DNA of 64,000 bases. Source: a virus. The number at the start of each line of letters is the position of its first letter. Position 1 is the first letter of the stretch. Shown one piece after another: positions 19,801-28,540 of the stretch. The notes beneath the pieces are model-generated. The model saw nothing but the letters and a program-made list of their open reading frames with translations. It was not told the origin of the DNA and ran no database searches. Both the position numbers and the translations under genes were made by a program. The DNA is taken from the IMG/VR virus record IMGVR_UViG_3300037485_001485, positions 1 to 64,000 of that record. The stretch is one strand, 5' to 3'.

Positions 19801-21573
19801 GCCGGGATCGACGCGGATGACGTGCGGGTCGGGCGGCACCCAGAGCATGTTGTCGTAGGTGAGGCCGACGACATCGTAGTCCGCGAGCCACACGTCGAGC
19901 GGGAACGTCGCGGCCAAGTAGAACTGCTCAGTCTCCGGCACCGCCGCGCTCCAGCCCGAGGCGCTGGACGCGACCTGCTTCAGCCCGTCGATCCACGGCG
20001 AGAGGATCGCCACCTTCCCGTCCACCATAGCGGGGCGCATGTCGGGCGCGGGGGCACCGAAGGCGCGGTAGAGGTGCGCGGCGACGACTTCGCTCGCGAC
20101 CATGTCGGGGTTCGGCGGATACTTCGCGAGGTAGAACTCCCCGGTCTTCGTGTCGCGGAGGACTGCACCCGCCAGCCCGCCCCCCGGCTTCGGCTTGGAG
20201 TAGACGAGGCGCGCGGCGATGGCGTCCACGCCACCCCCGTCGGCCCACACGGGGTTCGGCGAGTACGGCTCCAACGCCGCCCCGAAGGGCACCGCGATGG
20301 ATTCGATGGGCGACGGGGGCGGGGGGTTCGGATCCCCCTTGGCGGCGGCGGGCGCCGCCGACGGCTTCGGCGTCGAAGCCCCGGCGATGCCGGAAACCTC
20401 GACGCTCGCCCCTTCCGCTGCCAGGGCTTGCGCGAGCTTCGTCGCGACGTTCGCAACGGTGTCCTTCTTCCCGGTCCAGCCGACGAGCGACGCTTCCGAG
20501 GTGGCGGCGTCGCTCTGCGTCGCCGCCCACATGAGCGGGGGGTAGCCGTACTTGCCCTCCTTCCCCGTCCACATGAAGCCCGCGTCCTTGATGATCTCCT
20601 TCACGGCGTAGGTGTCGCCCGAGACGAACAGACCCACGCCCGGCTTGAACGCGATGGTGATCTTGCCCGCTTCGGGCTTGGGCGCCTTCGGCGCGGCGGC
20701 CATCGGCTTCGCGCTTTCGTCAGGGAGAAGGCGGAACTCGCTGTCTCCGTAGCTCATAATCAAGCGGTGAGCGGCGGGGTCGATGCCGATGTGCGGCAGG
20801 TACTCGTTCGCCAGCGCCAACGCCTGCGTCGGCTTGGTCTTCGACCCGTAGAAGTTCGTGACCGTGAAGTCGTTGGCGTCTACGAGGGCGGTTTTCGGCG
20901 CCGCCGCCGAGCCCGAGAACACACGCCCGCCCCCCATCTTCAGCACCTTGCCGAGATTCTTGTGCTTGAAGTCGTAGAAAGACTTGATCGCGAACTTGGA
21001 CGTAACGAGCGAGACGGCCATCTCGCCGCTCGTAACGGAGAACAGGATGTCCCCGACTTCGACCGCGTCGGCGTTGCCGATCAGCTCCCCATAGGTTTGC
21101 TTCCCGCCGGGCAGGGCGGGATTGACCGCGTAGGCGTCGGGCGCGTTGTGCCGCGTGAGCACCGGGGCGAGGCGCGTCGGGGGCGGCGTGAGGGGCGCGG
21201 CGCCGATGCGCCGGGGCGCCTGCGCGAGCGGCGTCCGCGCCGGGGCGGGGTTCGCCAGCGCCTTGGCCTTGCGGCCGGCGGCGAACGCCGAGCGGCCACG
21301 CGCCGCCGGAATGAACAGGTCGAAGGAGGTGGGCTGCGCGTCGGCCGGGACCGCGTGGACCTCGTAGACGGTGCCCTGAAGCGACGGCCCCGAGACGAGG
21401 GCGATGCCCGCGTCGTCCCAGAGGTAGACGCGCGTGACCCCGCTGGCGTCCCGCTGCGAGATCACGCTGGGCTGGCGGCGGTGCCCGTGCGCCCCGAGGA
21501 CGCGCGTGACGGCGTTCTTCTCGGCGAGTTCAGAGGACACGGACGCAAGGGCGGCGCGAAGGGCAGCGATCAT
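16822..21573 (-). CDS. 1583-aa protein with two PI3/4-kinase/HipA-like (LepB_N/CtkA-type) domains
   Basis: Two copies of Y.K...E..A.HLYR..G..APD...DVW...YDVVG...DN.....RVD.GA.L..R..G..K. Confidence 0.75.
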   Translation of the reverse strand: MIAALRAALASVSSELAEKNAVTRVLGAHGHRRQPSVISQRDASGVTRVYLWDDAGIALVSGPSLQGTVYEVHAVPADAQPTSFDLFIPAARGRSAFAAGRKAKALANPAPARTPLAQAPRRIGAAPLTPPPTRLAPVLTRHNAPDAYAVNPALPGGKQTYGELIGNADAVEVGDILFSVTSGEMAVSLVTSKFAIKSFYDFKHKNLGKVLKMGGGRVFSGSAAAPKTALVDANDFTVTNFYGSKTKPTQALALANEYLPHIGIDPAAHRLIMSYGDSEFRLLPDESAKPMAAAPKAPKPEAGKITIAFKPGVGLFVSGDTYAVKEIIKDAGFMWTGKEGKYGYPPLMWAATQSDAATSEASLVGWTGKKDTVANVATKLAQALAAEGASVEVSGIAGASTPKPSAAPAAAKGDPNPPPPSPIESIAVPFGAALEPYSPNPVWADGGGVDAIAARLVYSKPKPGGGLAGAVLRDTKTGEFYLAKYPPNPDMVASEVVAAHLYRAFGAPAPDMRPAMVDGKVAILSPWIDGLKQVASSASGWSAAVPETEQFYLAATFPLDVWLADYDVVGLTYDNMLWVPPDPHVIRVDPGASLMFRASGSLKLPLPGTNAAPDLDSMLFVPKNDKTPVVFAKAKASPFLMLPVADALVLPAVKPFVDVLAGWAGYTMTAGIPVGMTLGGYLAARAQSLRSAVVAKMGVSAPAPAPVASAFTFTAASSSVGMVENIAKKIAALLPSTTASGTSVGPWTVVASPGNGVMVEAKGGVLIALIMAGGEPKTKLEYPIPSGSLTSFVVSRAADIANAFKPYLAVSALKATLSAPSAPTTFATSTAGLTDVSSMTEIDALPDGSIVTGGASPGETFFVRDASGLWRELTEYGDFMPGLFADDVYDTLDMEVLLVNEGSGTGPEADDAIMLSAYYTAAQQVLAGGKKSTAPVAAPAPAPAPAPMPVAAPAPTPTYAQSVTSVDPYPWPASALPYSLAPDPIWGHVGGAGAVAKRLANATKGAQLGSFPGGKMTDPLTGETVYVKFFKNTEHAQTEALASHLYRLLGINAPDVRVVNASLLGSKGSGYALALLSPWKGGYIQRTSGNFDPAERQFLRREFPADVWMVNYDVVGKGPATKYDNLLVTDDFGDQNPKHYLRVDQGAALDYRSTGSVKKSASDWSTNAAQTWGNFLSAGQNPTLFKVFDGATPTNGAEMIKRIGSLVADPGFAATLDYAQRGDLATTLKGRAGWLAGMLSSETPTAAPQPTAAQPTEPTPPFVGQIGTESVLKKGSKQGVYTLLKSVGGTDFYIGGLSGGKFQRFNAAGWVGETGDLPYGTYEILLVGNVVGETPVTELYAKYAVPAAAAPAPVAPTITLDEVHALAAAVLGRVKEKGFMGVSAGMAQFGVAPTLTFFLHEGTTSHAYVTTFALVGGKLKVTLKDGPEFTYVKIKPDTASTVAGAILAFLRLSMANYGLTKAPPMAPPTAPIATGTSLTTTGQLDALPAGSVIVFGERTLSGSAASMLIYQRTPSGWRTVRLGGAVVTSGDDISTVALTEGENWAAIVIRVGESTDLSAFFAALPPALGKSGSGITFMLPVGA

Positions 21574-21671
21574 CGGCTACCTCCCAAAACGGGCACGGGG
21601 TTATCCCCTCCACGCTAACGAAAGCGCGGGCGAGGACAACCCCGAAAGGAGCCGTCGAGGGCTACCGCTGT

Positions 21672-21947
21672 TTAGCGGCGGCTGCGGCGGGAGCGGCGGC
21701 GGCGGTTCATCTTCATCTTGCGGCTGCGACGGCGGGGGTTCTTCTTCGCGGCGCCGAGGCCCGCGAGGCTGAGCACCTTCTTGCCCGGCTTGGTGTAGGC
21801 GAGAAGCGCGAGCGCGCCGAGGCCGAGCGCCCACACGGGTACGCCCATCACGTCTTTCTTCAGATAGTCCATGATGCCGTCGAGTTCGCCCATGTCGTCG
21901 CCCTCGTAGTCGCCGAGGTCGTAGCTTGCCCCATAGTACCCGTACAT
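21672..21947 (-). CDS. Small membrane protein with Arg-rich tail
   Basis: YG/LG/MG acidic N-terminus, TM segment, KKNPRRRSRK tail. Confidence 0.7.
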   Translation of the reverse strand: MYGYYGASYDLGDYEGDDMGELDGIMDYLKKDVMGVPVWALGLGALALLAYTKPGKKVLSLAGLGAAKKNPRRRSRKMKMNRRRRSRRSRR

Positions 21948-21974
21948 GTGTCGCTCCAGTTGAGAGGTGGGGGA

Positions 21975-22916
21975 TCACGCCCCGTGAGAGTCAATCCACT
22001 TTTTCGCCGCCACGAAGCCGTTCGGCCCGCTGAACGCGGGGCCGTGCGGCATGACGGTGTAGGTTCCAGCCGCGATGCGGATGGTCGTGCCCCCGTAGGC
22101 GACCGACCCGGCGGGGTTGACCCGCACGGACGGCTTCCACGTCGTCGGCTGAAGATGAACACGAAGCTGATCGTAGGCGCGGCGCTTGATCGCGTCGGCG
22201 CCCTTGGCGCGGCTCCCGCCCTTCCCACCGTCGGCCACGGGCACGTCGGTGACGAAGGTGCCGTCCTTCGACACGACGCGCGCAAAGCGGCGCCCCGTGC
22301 GGACGTTGTAGTACGAGTCAATCTTGACGGTCTTCTTGAAGTGCCCGAAGTCCAACGAGCCGATGTCGATGGGCGTCGGGTTCTTCCGAAGTTCGGCGGC
22401 GGTGGCGATGGCGAAGCCGCGCGAGACGGCCTCCCGTTTCGCGACGCCCTGCGAGCGCATCCGCCTCGTCACGGCTTCCGCGACGGCGTCCCGGTGCTTC
22501 GTCCCGCGCCCGATGGACGGGTTGCGCCGCCCTCCGTGGGCCGCGAAAGCCTGCATGAAGGCATCGTGCGCCTTGTCCGCGTTCTCGGTTCGCATCACGA
22601 CACCCTGAGAGTGGTCGGTCAGCGTCCAAATGGTTCCGCCGGGGTGAAAAGCCCAGTCCAGTCGGATCTGAGTGCCGTCCTTGGCGGTGCCCTGCTCGTA
22701 GCCCACCGCTCCGTTGCGGCGAGGTCCGCGCCCGATGGACGGGTTGCGGCGCGGCTTGCGGTTCGCCACCGGGGTCGCCGGGGCGAGGAGGGCTTCGATC
22801 CCCGACGCCGCGCCCTGCATCTTCGCGGCGTGCGCGACGGCCTCCGACTCCGAGGCGTAGGTGACTTCACCGACCTTGGAGCCGTTGCGGCGTAGGATGA
22901 CGCGGGTGCGCGGCAT
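21975..22916 (-). CDS. Basic modular protein with repeated RRNP/RRNG motifs
   Basis: RRNG, RRNPSIGRG x2, RKNP, RVNP separating short modules. Confidence 0.7.
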   Translation of the reverse strand: MPRTRVILRRNGSKVGEVTYASESEAVAHAAKMQGAASGIEALLAPATPVANRKPRRNPSIGRGPRRNGAVGYEQGTAKDGTQIRLDWAFHPGGTIWTLTDHSQGVVMRTENADKAHDAFMQAFAAHGGRRNPSIGRGTKHRDAVAEAVTRRMRSQGVAKREAVSRGFAIATAAELRKNPTPIDIGSLDFGHFKKTVKIDSYYNVRTGRRFARVVSKDGTFVTDVPVADGGKGGSRAKGADAIKRRAYDQLRVHLQPTTWKPSVRVNPAGSVAYGGTTIRIAAGTYTVMPHGPAFSGPNGFVAAKKWIDSHGA

Positions 22917-23707
22917 TAGCCCACCGTGTAGGTGACGCGGCAGGTGCCGGCGACCGTGCCGTTCGTGGTGCGGAGGACGAGCGTGGCGCCCGCTGCGAAC
23001 ACGGTGTTCGCGAGGACGCCTGCGCGCGTGATGCCGTTGACCGTGGCCGAGGGCGCCATCGCATCGGTGACCGAGGCGACTGTCGTGCGGACGCGCACGC
23101 CGGCACCGCCCGCGCCACCCGAGAGGATGTAGGCGTCCACGATGTTGACCACGCGGCTGTTGGTGAGCACGAACGAGGTGTCCACGTCGACGCCCGTCGC
23201 GTTCGCCGGGAACGAGTAGGTCGCCGTGACGACCGCGCCCATGCCGGTCGCGGCGAGGCTCTGCGACGCGGCGTTCTTCGCCACGTCAATCGCGTTGCTG
23301 TTCGTCGCCGCGAAGCCCGCGTTCACGCCGGTCAGGCTGATGCCGCCATTGCCGGCGAGGAGAAGCGGGGCTTGATTCGTGTTGATCGACACCTGGGCCG
23401 CGCCCGTGGTCGTGATGAACTTCAGGAGGTCGAGGAGGACGGCAGGCCCGATCTGGAGCGCGGGGTTGCTGTTCGCAGCGAGGAGCAACTGCGTGATGTA
23501 GCCGAGATTCGGCAGGAGGAGGGGGGTCCACGTCGTCCCGACGGCCGGAGCCGTGCCCGTCGTCGCGTTCAGGTAGACGAGGGCGTTGCCGTTATCGACG
23601 CGAAGGCAGATCGAGCCACGCGGCGCGGACACTACCCCGGTGGGGTCGATGTCGGAGACGTAGAAGTCCTGACCCTCAACGATGCTGGTGACGTACTGTG
23701 CGGGCAT
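22916..23707 (-). CDS. Putative structural (spike-like) protein
   Basis: DPTGVVSAPRGSICLRVD fibre-like N-terminus; A/T/G-rich beta composition. Confidence 0.6.
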   Translation of the reverse strand: MPAQYVTSIVEGQDFYVSDIDPTGVVSAPRGSICLRVDNGNALVYLNATTGTAPAVGTTWTPLLLPNLGYITQLLLAANSNPALQIGPAVLLDLLKFITTTGAAQVSINTNQAPLLLAGNGGISLTGVNAGFAATNSNAIDVAKNAASQSLAATGMGAVVTATYSFPANATGVDVDTSFVLTNSRVVNIVDAYILSGGAGGAGVRVRTTVASVTDAMAPSATVNGITRAGVLANTVFAAGATLVLRTTNGTVAGTCRVTYTVG

Positions 23708-23719
23708 GAAAGCCTCCTA

Positions 23720-24277
23720 TCAGCGGGTCGTGCGGCGGCGGGTGCGGGGCTTGGCGGGGTTGTACTTCTTCACGAAGGTCTTCTTGCGCTGGGCTTCGCC
23801 GCCCTGCTCGATGACCTGGGCCGTGAGCACGCCCTTGTCGGTCGCCTGCGCGGAGTAGACCGAGGGGTGGAAGTAGACCTTGATCTTGCCGTCGGAACGC
23901 AGAAGGGGCTCGTCCACGCCGATCTCTTCGATCTTGTAGTCGGGGCCGACGTGCATCCGGAGGACGTTCTTCGCATCCGCCGAGGCGGCGCGGATGGTCG
24001 CGTAGGGGCCGAAGATCCCGATCTGCTGCTCATCCAGCATGAGCCGGACCTTGTAGATCGTGAGCTTCTTGGGCGCGGCGCCGGTCCAATCGCCAGCGGC
24101 GAAGACCTGCTGGGCCTTCTTGGCCTTGGTCTTCTTGGGCTTCGCCTTGGCCTTTGCGATCTTGTTGGCCGCCGACTTCGCAGCCTGGGTAGCCTTCGCG
24201 GCCTTGCTCTTCTCGGCCTTCAGTTGCGCCTTCAGCTTCTCGATAGCCGTGGCTGCTGCCTTGGTGAACTTCGCCAT
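23720..24277 (-). CDS. Lys/Ala-rich basic protein (putative DNA-binding core protein)
   Basis: Histone-H1-like KA-rich N-terminus; C-terminal NPAKPRTRRRTTR. Confidence 0.65.
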   Translation of the reverse strand: MAKFTKAAATAIEKLKAQLKAEKSKAAKATQAAKSAANKIAKAKAKPKKTKAKKAQQVFAAGDWTGAAPKKLTIYKVRLMLDEQQIGIFGPYATIRAASADAKNVLRMHVGPDYKIEEIGVDEPLLRSDGKIKVYFHPSVYSAQATDKGVLTAQVIEQGGEAQRKKTFVKKYNPAKPRTRRRTTR

Positions 24278-24355
24278 AACGGACCTCTACGGTGCGGGGG
24301 TATCACACACCCTCGCGACGAAGGGCGCGTTGGCGCACGCCGATAGCCACCGAAG

Positions 24356-24733
24356 CTACTGCGCGACCATGAGGACGACTTCGATGGACGTGGCCTGCGC
24401 CGCCGGACGGACGAAGCTCACGCGGATGAACTTGGCGGGAAGCTGGACCGGAACGAGCACGGGCACGTTGAGCGGGGTCGGCACCGCCGTGGTCGCTGGG
24501 AACCACGTTTTGATCTTGTTCGTCTGGTCGGACGTGCTGAACTCGACGGTCGCCTGCGCGGGGATCGCGCCGACGGTCTGCTGAAGGTAAACCGTGACGC
24601 GCGGCATCCCCCGGTTGCCCAGCTCGCGCGAGTAGGCTTCGGCATCCGAGGCCAGGACCACGAAGTCGGTTTGATACGAAACCGCAGCGGCGACGTCAGT
24701 GTGCCCGTGGCCCTTGTTGTTGATGAACGACAT
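24356..24733 (-). CDS. Small beta-rich structural protein (minor capsid/penton candidate)
   Basis: Alternating beta-strand pattern; adjacent to the capsid candidates. Confidence 0.5.
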   Translation of the reverse strand: MSFINNKGHGHTDVAAAVSYQTDFVVLASDAEAYSRELGNRGMPRVTVYLQQTVGAIPAQATVEFSTSDQTNKIKTWFPATTAVPTPLNVPVLVPVQLPAKFIRVSFVRPAAQATSIEVVLMVAQ

Positions 24734-24746
24734 GCGGGGCTCCGGC

Positions 24747-25340
24747 TCAGTAGTAGGCCGCGCACACCGCGAAGGGCGGCGCGGACGCACGGGGGAGGAG
24801 GTAGGTGAAGGTCACGCTCACTTGATACCAGCGGATCGGGTAGCCCTCGCCCGGCGGAAGGAACGTCAGGACCGCCGACGGCACGGTGCCCGTGAACTCC
24901 GAGGTGATGTCGGTGTCGGCTGTGATCTGGCGTACCTGCAAGGGGTCGTTGACATGCCCGAACTCGCGGCTGATGACCTCCAAGTTCTGCACCCAGTTGT
25001 TCGTGGCCGGCGCGGGCAAGTCGAGCGTGAGGTTGTCGATCTGTGCCCAGAGCTTGCCGCTTGCGCCCGAGGGCAACCAGATCGGCGTGCCTCCGGTCAA
25101 GCCCGACATCGCGGCGCGAAGCTGCGGCCGAAGGTCGAACAGCGGGGACTGCCACTTCGCCGTCAGCAAGCCTTCGGTGTTGTTCGTCCATGTGAGGGAA
25201 CCCCGGCCCCCGTCCCAGAGCGCCGAGGGCGCGTTCTGCGGGTACGGAAACGGGACTGTGCCTGCGGGGTTGTGCCGCAGACCGGACGGGTCGTAGTTCT
25301 GGCCCGGAAAGGCTCCGGGGTTCTCCCACCACTGGCTCAT
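24747..25340 (-). CDS. Putative structural protein
   Basis: Start MSQWWENP; beta-rich; in the operon. Confidence 0.6.
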   Translation of the reverse strand: MSQWWENPGAFPGQNYDPSGLRHNPAGTVPFPYPQNAPSALWDGGRGSLTWTNNTEGLLTAKWQSPLFDLRPQLRAAMSGLTGGTPIWLPSGASGKLWAQIDNLTLDLPAPATNNWVQNLEVISREFGHVNDPLQVRQITADTDITSEFTGTVPSAVLTFLPPGEGYPIRWYQVSVTFTYLLPRASAPPFAVCAAYY

Positions 25341-25345
25341 GGACC

Positions 25346-25888
25346 TTAGCCCCCGGTGTAGTTGGACGGCCCGCGCATCTCCAGACAGACCAGCGTGATG
25401 TCGATCCGCAGGTTGGCGAGGAGAGGCGTGATCCCGAGGATCACGGTCGCGCCGGGGTTGATCGTGAAGCCGACGCCGCCCAACTCGCCGGGGCGCTGGG
25501 CGGAACCCACGACCGTGGAACCGAGGCGCGCGGCGACGTGGAGCTTGTCGCCCGTCGTGTATTCGACCCGGAAGAGGAACGTGTCCTGGGCCGACACGCC
25601 GACGGGGAGGGCGTTGCCCTGCCCGGTGCTGAACGACGATCCGTTGATGGCGATGAGCCGACACGGGATGTCGAACTGAACGCGGCGGATCGACTCGCCG
25701 TTGACGGCGTAGTCCGCATCCGTCGAGAGGAGCGTCCCGCCGTAAAAGCGGGTTTGATAGCCCACGTTCGGGTTGGTGCTGTAGAACGGCGCGGTCGGGT
25801 AGAACGGCGCACGAATGAAGCGTTGGGGGCCGGGACCGCCGAGATCGGCAGTCGTCGGCATCGAGATGACGGCAGAGCGGTCGGACAC
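25346..25888 (-). CDS. Putative jelly-roll capsid protein (second/minor)
   Basis: 180-aa beta-rich protein immediately downstream of the MCP candidate. Confidence 0.45.
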   Translation of the reverse strand: MSDRSAVISMPTTADLGGPGPQRFIRAPFYPTAPFYSTNPNVGYQTRFYGGTLLSTDADYAVNGESIRRVQFDIPCRLIAINGSSFSTGQGNALPVGVSAQDTFLFRVEYTTGDKLHVAARLGSTVVGSAQRPGELGGVGFTINPGATVILGITPLLANLRIDITLVCLEMRGPSNYTGG

Positions 25889-25930
25889 GGCTCACACTCC
25901 AGAAAGGAAAGGAGAAGGGGGGAAACAGAA

Positions 25931-25964
25931 CGGCCCGCCCCGCGACGAGGCGCGAAGCGGGCCG
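25931..25964 (-). terminator. Stem-loop downstream of the MCP candidate
   Basis: CGGCCCGC...GCGGGCCG inverted repeat in the intergenic gap. Confidence 0.4.
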
Positions 25965-26024
25965 CTTGTGAGGAGGGTAACGCGCGGCCCGCAAGGGCGG
26001 AACGCGAAACCCTGCCGTACCAGA

Positions 26025-26723
26025 CTACCCGATCTCGATGGCCGTCTTGTAGAAACCGAACATCGCGACCTTCAGCGCGAGGGGGTTGGTCGCGCCGACC
26101 GCCGCCGTGTTCGCGCCGTAGCGGAGCAGGATCGAAAAGGTCGAGTTCCCAGGCAAAGAAATCGGGTGCTTGCGGTACATCCAGATCGAGCCCGCGCCGT
26201 TGTTCATCGAGCCGATCTGGGTCGCGTTCTGCGTGGTGGACACGGAACCGAAGGCGCCGCCGCCCGCACCGATGAGGTGGAGGGGAGCGATGTCAACCTG
26301 GGTCTGGACGAAATCCCAGGTCAAAGTACCGTTGTTCTGCACGTTGACGAGGTCGGTGATCGTCTCGACCGTGTTGAGGGGCACGGCGAGGGTGGTCAGC
26401 ACGTTGGCGACCTGGGAGCCCGCGTAGACGAGGCAGGAGAGGCCGTAGGCGTCGAACGCCACGCCGGCCGGAATACGGCCGCCTTCCTTCAGGGACGTCT
26501 CGGCGATGGTCAGGCCGGACGAGAAGCCCTGGCCGACCTGCCCGAGGGGGGTCGTGAAGAGGCGGAAGGTGCCGTTGGCGAGGGCGGTGCCGACGTTGTG
26601 GAGCTGGGTGCTCCAGAGGGACTGCTCGCCGTACCGGAAGAGGTTCTTGGGCTGCTCGAAGGGAACCTGGGGGATCATGTCGCTGCCGGGGTTGGCGAAA
26701 GCGAAGCCGGGAACACCATACAT
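26025..26723 (-). CDS. Putative major capsid protein (single jelly-roll-like)
   Basis: RBS AGGAG, flanking hairpins, beta-rich 232 aa with LFTTPLGQ...ETSLKEGGRIP; fold is inferred. Confidence 0.5.
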   Translation of the reverse strand: MYGVPGFAFANPGSDMIPQVPFEQPKNLFRYGEQSLWSTQLHNVGTALANGTFRLFTTPLGQVGQGFSSGLTIAETSLKEGGRIPAGVAFDAYGLSCLVYAGSQVANVLTTLAVPLNTVETITDLVNVQNNGTLTWDFVQTQVDIAPLHLIGAGGGAFGSVSTTQNATQIGSMNNGAGSIWMYRKHPISLPGNSTFSILLRYGANTAAVGATNPLALKVAMFGFYKTAIEIG

Positions 26724-26792
26724 AGGAGACTCCTGAGAGAGAGAGGATCGAAGCGGAAGTGGAAGGGGGCCGGACTACCCGGCCCCGGAAGA

Positions 26793-28220
26793 TCAGTAGG
26801 CCGAGCCCGCCGACATGAAGCCGAGGTCGCCCATGCCCTCACTGGCGACCTGACCGAAGCCCTGGCCGATGGCGCCGAAGCCCTGGCCGATGCCCGCGAA
26901 GCTCTGCCCGATGGCGCCCATGCCCTGACCGATGGCGCCCATCGAGGAGCTGGTCCCCACGCGGGTGTCAACGGTCGCCATGGCGTTCTTGCGGAGTTCG
27001 GCGATCAGCGCGCAGCGGGCTTCCGGTTCCATGGCCGCAATGCGACCGAAGCGGTCGAAGCCCACGGCCTTGACGAGCCAGCCCCAACGGTGCCCGCGAC
27101 GACCCGCGTGGCGGGACATCGGGGAGGCAGCGCGGCTCGTCACCTTCGGCGGCGGGCCGAAGGTCGCGTGGTAGGCGTGCGCGCCGTGCATGGCGGCCTG
27201 CCCTTCGTAGCTGTCGAGGTCGGGGCCGCTGTAGTAGGCGTCGGCCATCTCGGCGTCGGCGTAGGCGCCGAAGCCCTGACCGATGGCGCCGAAGCCCTGA
27301 CCGATAGCGCCCATGCTCTCGCCGATGCCGCCGAGGGGCACCACGTCGTAGGCCCCGCCGTCACCGTAGTCGTCCATGTCGCCGAGGTCAGAGGACTGAC
27401 CCTTCAGCGCGCGGAACACGTCGAGGACGCCGCCCGCGATCATCGCCGCGATGCCGAGCTTGCGCTTCTGGTCGTCGGAGAGGAACGGGATCGGGAGCTT
27501 CTGGAGCGCGAAGTTGGCGGCGACGCCCGTGAGGGAGTAGCCGACCGGCGCGAGGTAGCTGCGAGCGAACGCCTGTACCGGCGCGGGAAGCATCCCGCCG
27601 ACGTAGCGGATGGCCTTCACGCCGTAGTAGTGCGTCGCGCCAGCGGCAGCGCCGAAAGCGATGTAGCCGAGTGCCTTCGCAACAGGATGGCCGAGGAAGG
27701 GCACCTTGCTGAGGAGATTCTGCACCGGGCGCAGGATGGGGAGGCTGAAGCCCCCGCCCTCGCTGGGGTTGCGCTTCACGCCGTGGCGACGGCGGTTCAA
27801 CTGGTAGCCCGCGTTCTTGCGGTGGCGACGATTGAGCATGTAGCCCGCGTTCTTGCGACGGCGGCTGCGGTTCTTCTTCGCGAAGAACGACACGGCCTTG
27901 CCATGCGCGCGGAACGACTTCATCGGGTTGAGCGAACGGCGCCGACGGCGGTTCAGCATGTAGCCGGCGTTCCGCTTCATCTTGAACCGCTTCAGGAGGC
28001 GCGCGAGCACGCCCGTCTTCCCGGCACGGCGCCGGTTGTGCCGCATCTTCATGCCCCCGGAAGACCGCCGGCTCTTGCGGCGGTTCTTGAAGAGCCCCCC
28101 GAACAGACGGAAGGCCGTGCGCCCGCGCCGTGCCTTGCGGGCGGTGCGACGACGGCGGGGATTCTTGACGAACAGTGCGCCGCTCAACGGGGCGGGATTG
28201 CTTCGCAGTACGAGGGCCAC
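26793..28220 (-). CDS. Arg-rich core/membrane protein with NP/NAG motifs and GAIGQG repeats
   Basis: Protamine-like N-terminal third, hydrophobic middle, 7-aa GAIGQGF repeats. Confidence 0.75.
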   Translation of the reverse strand: MALVLRSNPAPLSGALFVKNPRRRRTARKARRGRTAFRLFGGLFKNRRKSRRSSGGMKMRHNRRRAGKTGVLARLLKRFKMKRNAGYMLNRRRRRSLNPMKSFRAHGKAVSFFAKKNRSRRRKNAGYMLNRRHRKNAGYQLNRRRHGVKRNPSEGGGFSLPILRPVQNLLSKVPFLGHPVAKALGYIAFGAAAGATHYYGVKAIRYVGGMLPAPVQAFARSYLAPVGYSLTGVAANFALQKLPIPFLSDDQKRKLGIAAMIAGGVLDVFRALKGQSSDLGDMDDYGDGGAYDVVPLGGIGESMGAIGQGFGAIGQGFGAYADAEMADAYYSGPDLDSYEGQAAMHGAHAYHATFGPPPKVTSRAASPMSRHAGRRGHRWGWLVKAVGFDRFGRIAAMEPEARCALIAELRKNAMATVDTRVGTSSSMGAIGQGMGAIGQSFAGIGQGFGAIGQGFGQVASEGMGDLGFMSAGSAY

Positions 28221-28342
28221 GGTTCCTCCGAACGCTTTATAGGCTTACCCGGTAGCAGTAGCGGGGTGGGGGCCGAACGGGAAGCAGAAGAACCCCCGTG
28301 GAGGGCCATCGGCGTACCGTGCATCATGGTATACCCGCGCCC

Positions 28343-28540
28343 ATGCCGAACATTGACCCCTCTTCCCCTGACTACGTCCTCGTTCGCGTCAAGCTGCGGC
28401 ACCACGTCGCGTCGGCGCTAAAAGAGGCAGCGGAAGCGGAAACGAGGCGCACGGGGCGCTACGTCTACGTCTCCAACCTCGTCCGCGAGGCGCTGCGCGA
28501 CTATCTGCGCTCGCGCTCCGACGTCGTGATCAGCGGGTGA
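28343..28540 (+). CDS. Ribbon-helix-helix DNA-binding protein
   Basis: VRVKL..HV..ALKEAA...VSNLVREALRDYL; divergent from 28220. Confidence 0.65.
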   Translation: MPNIDPSSPDYVLVRVKLRHHVASALKEAAEAETRRTGRYVYVSNLVREALRDYLRSRSDVVISG

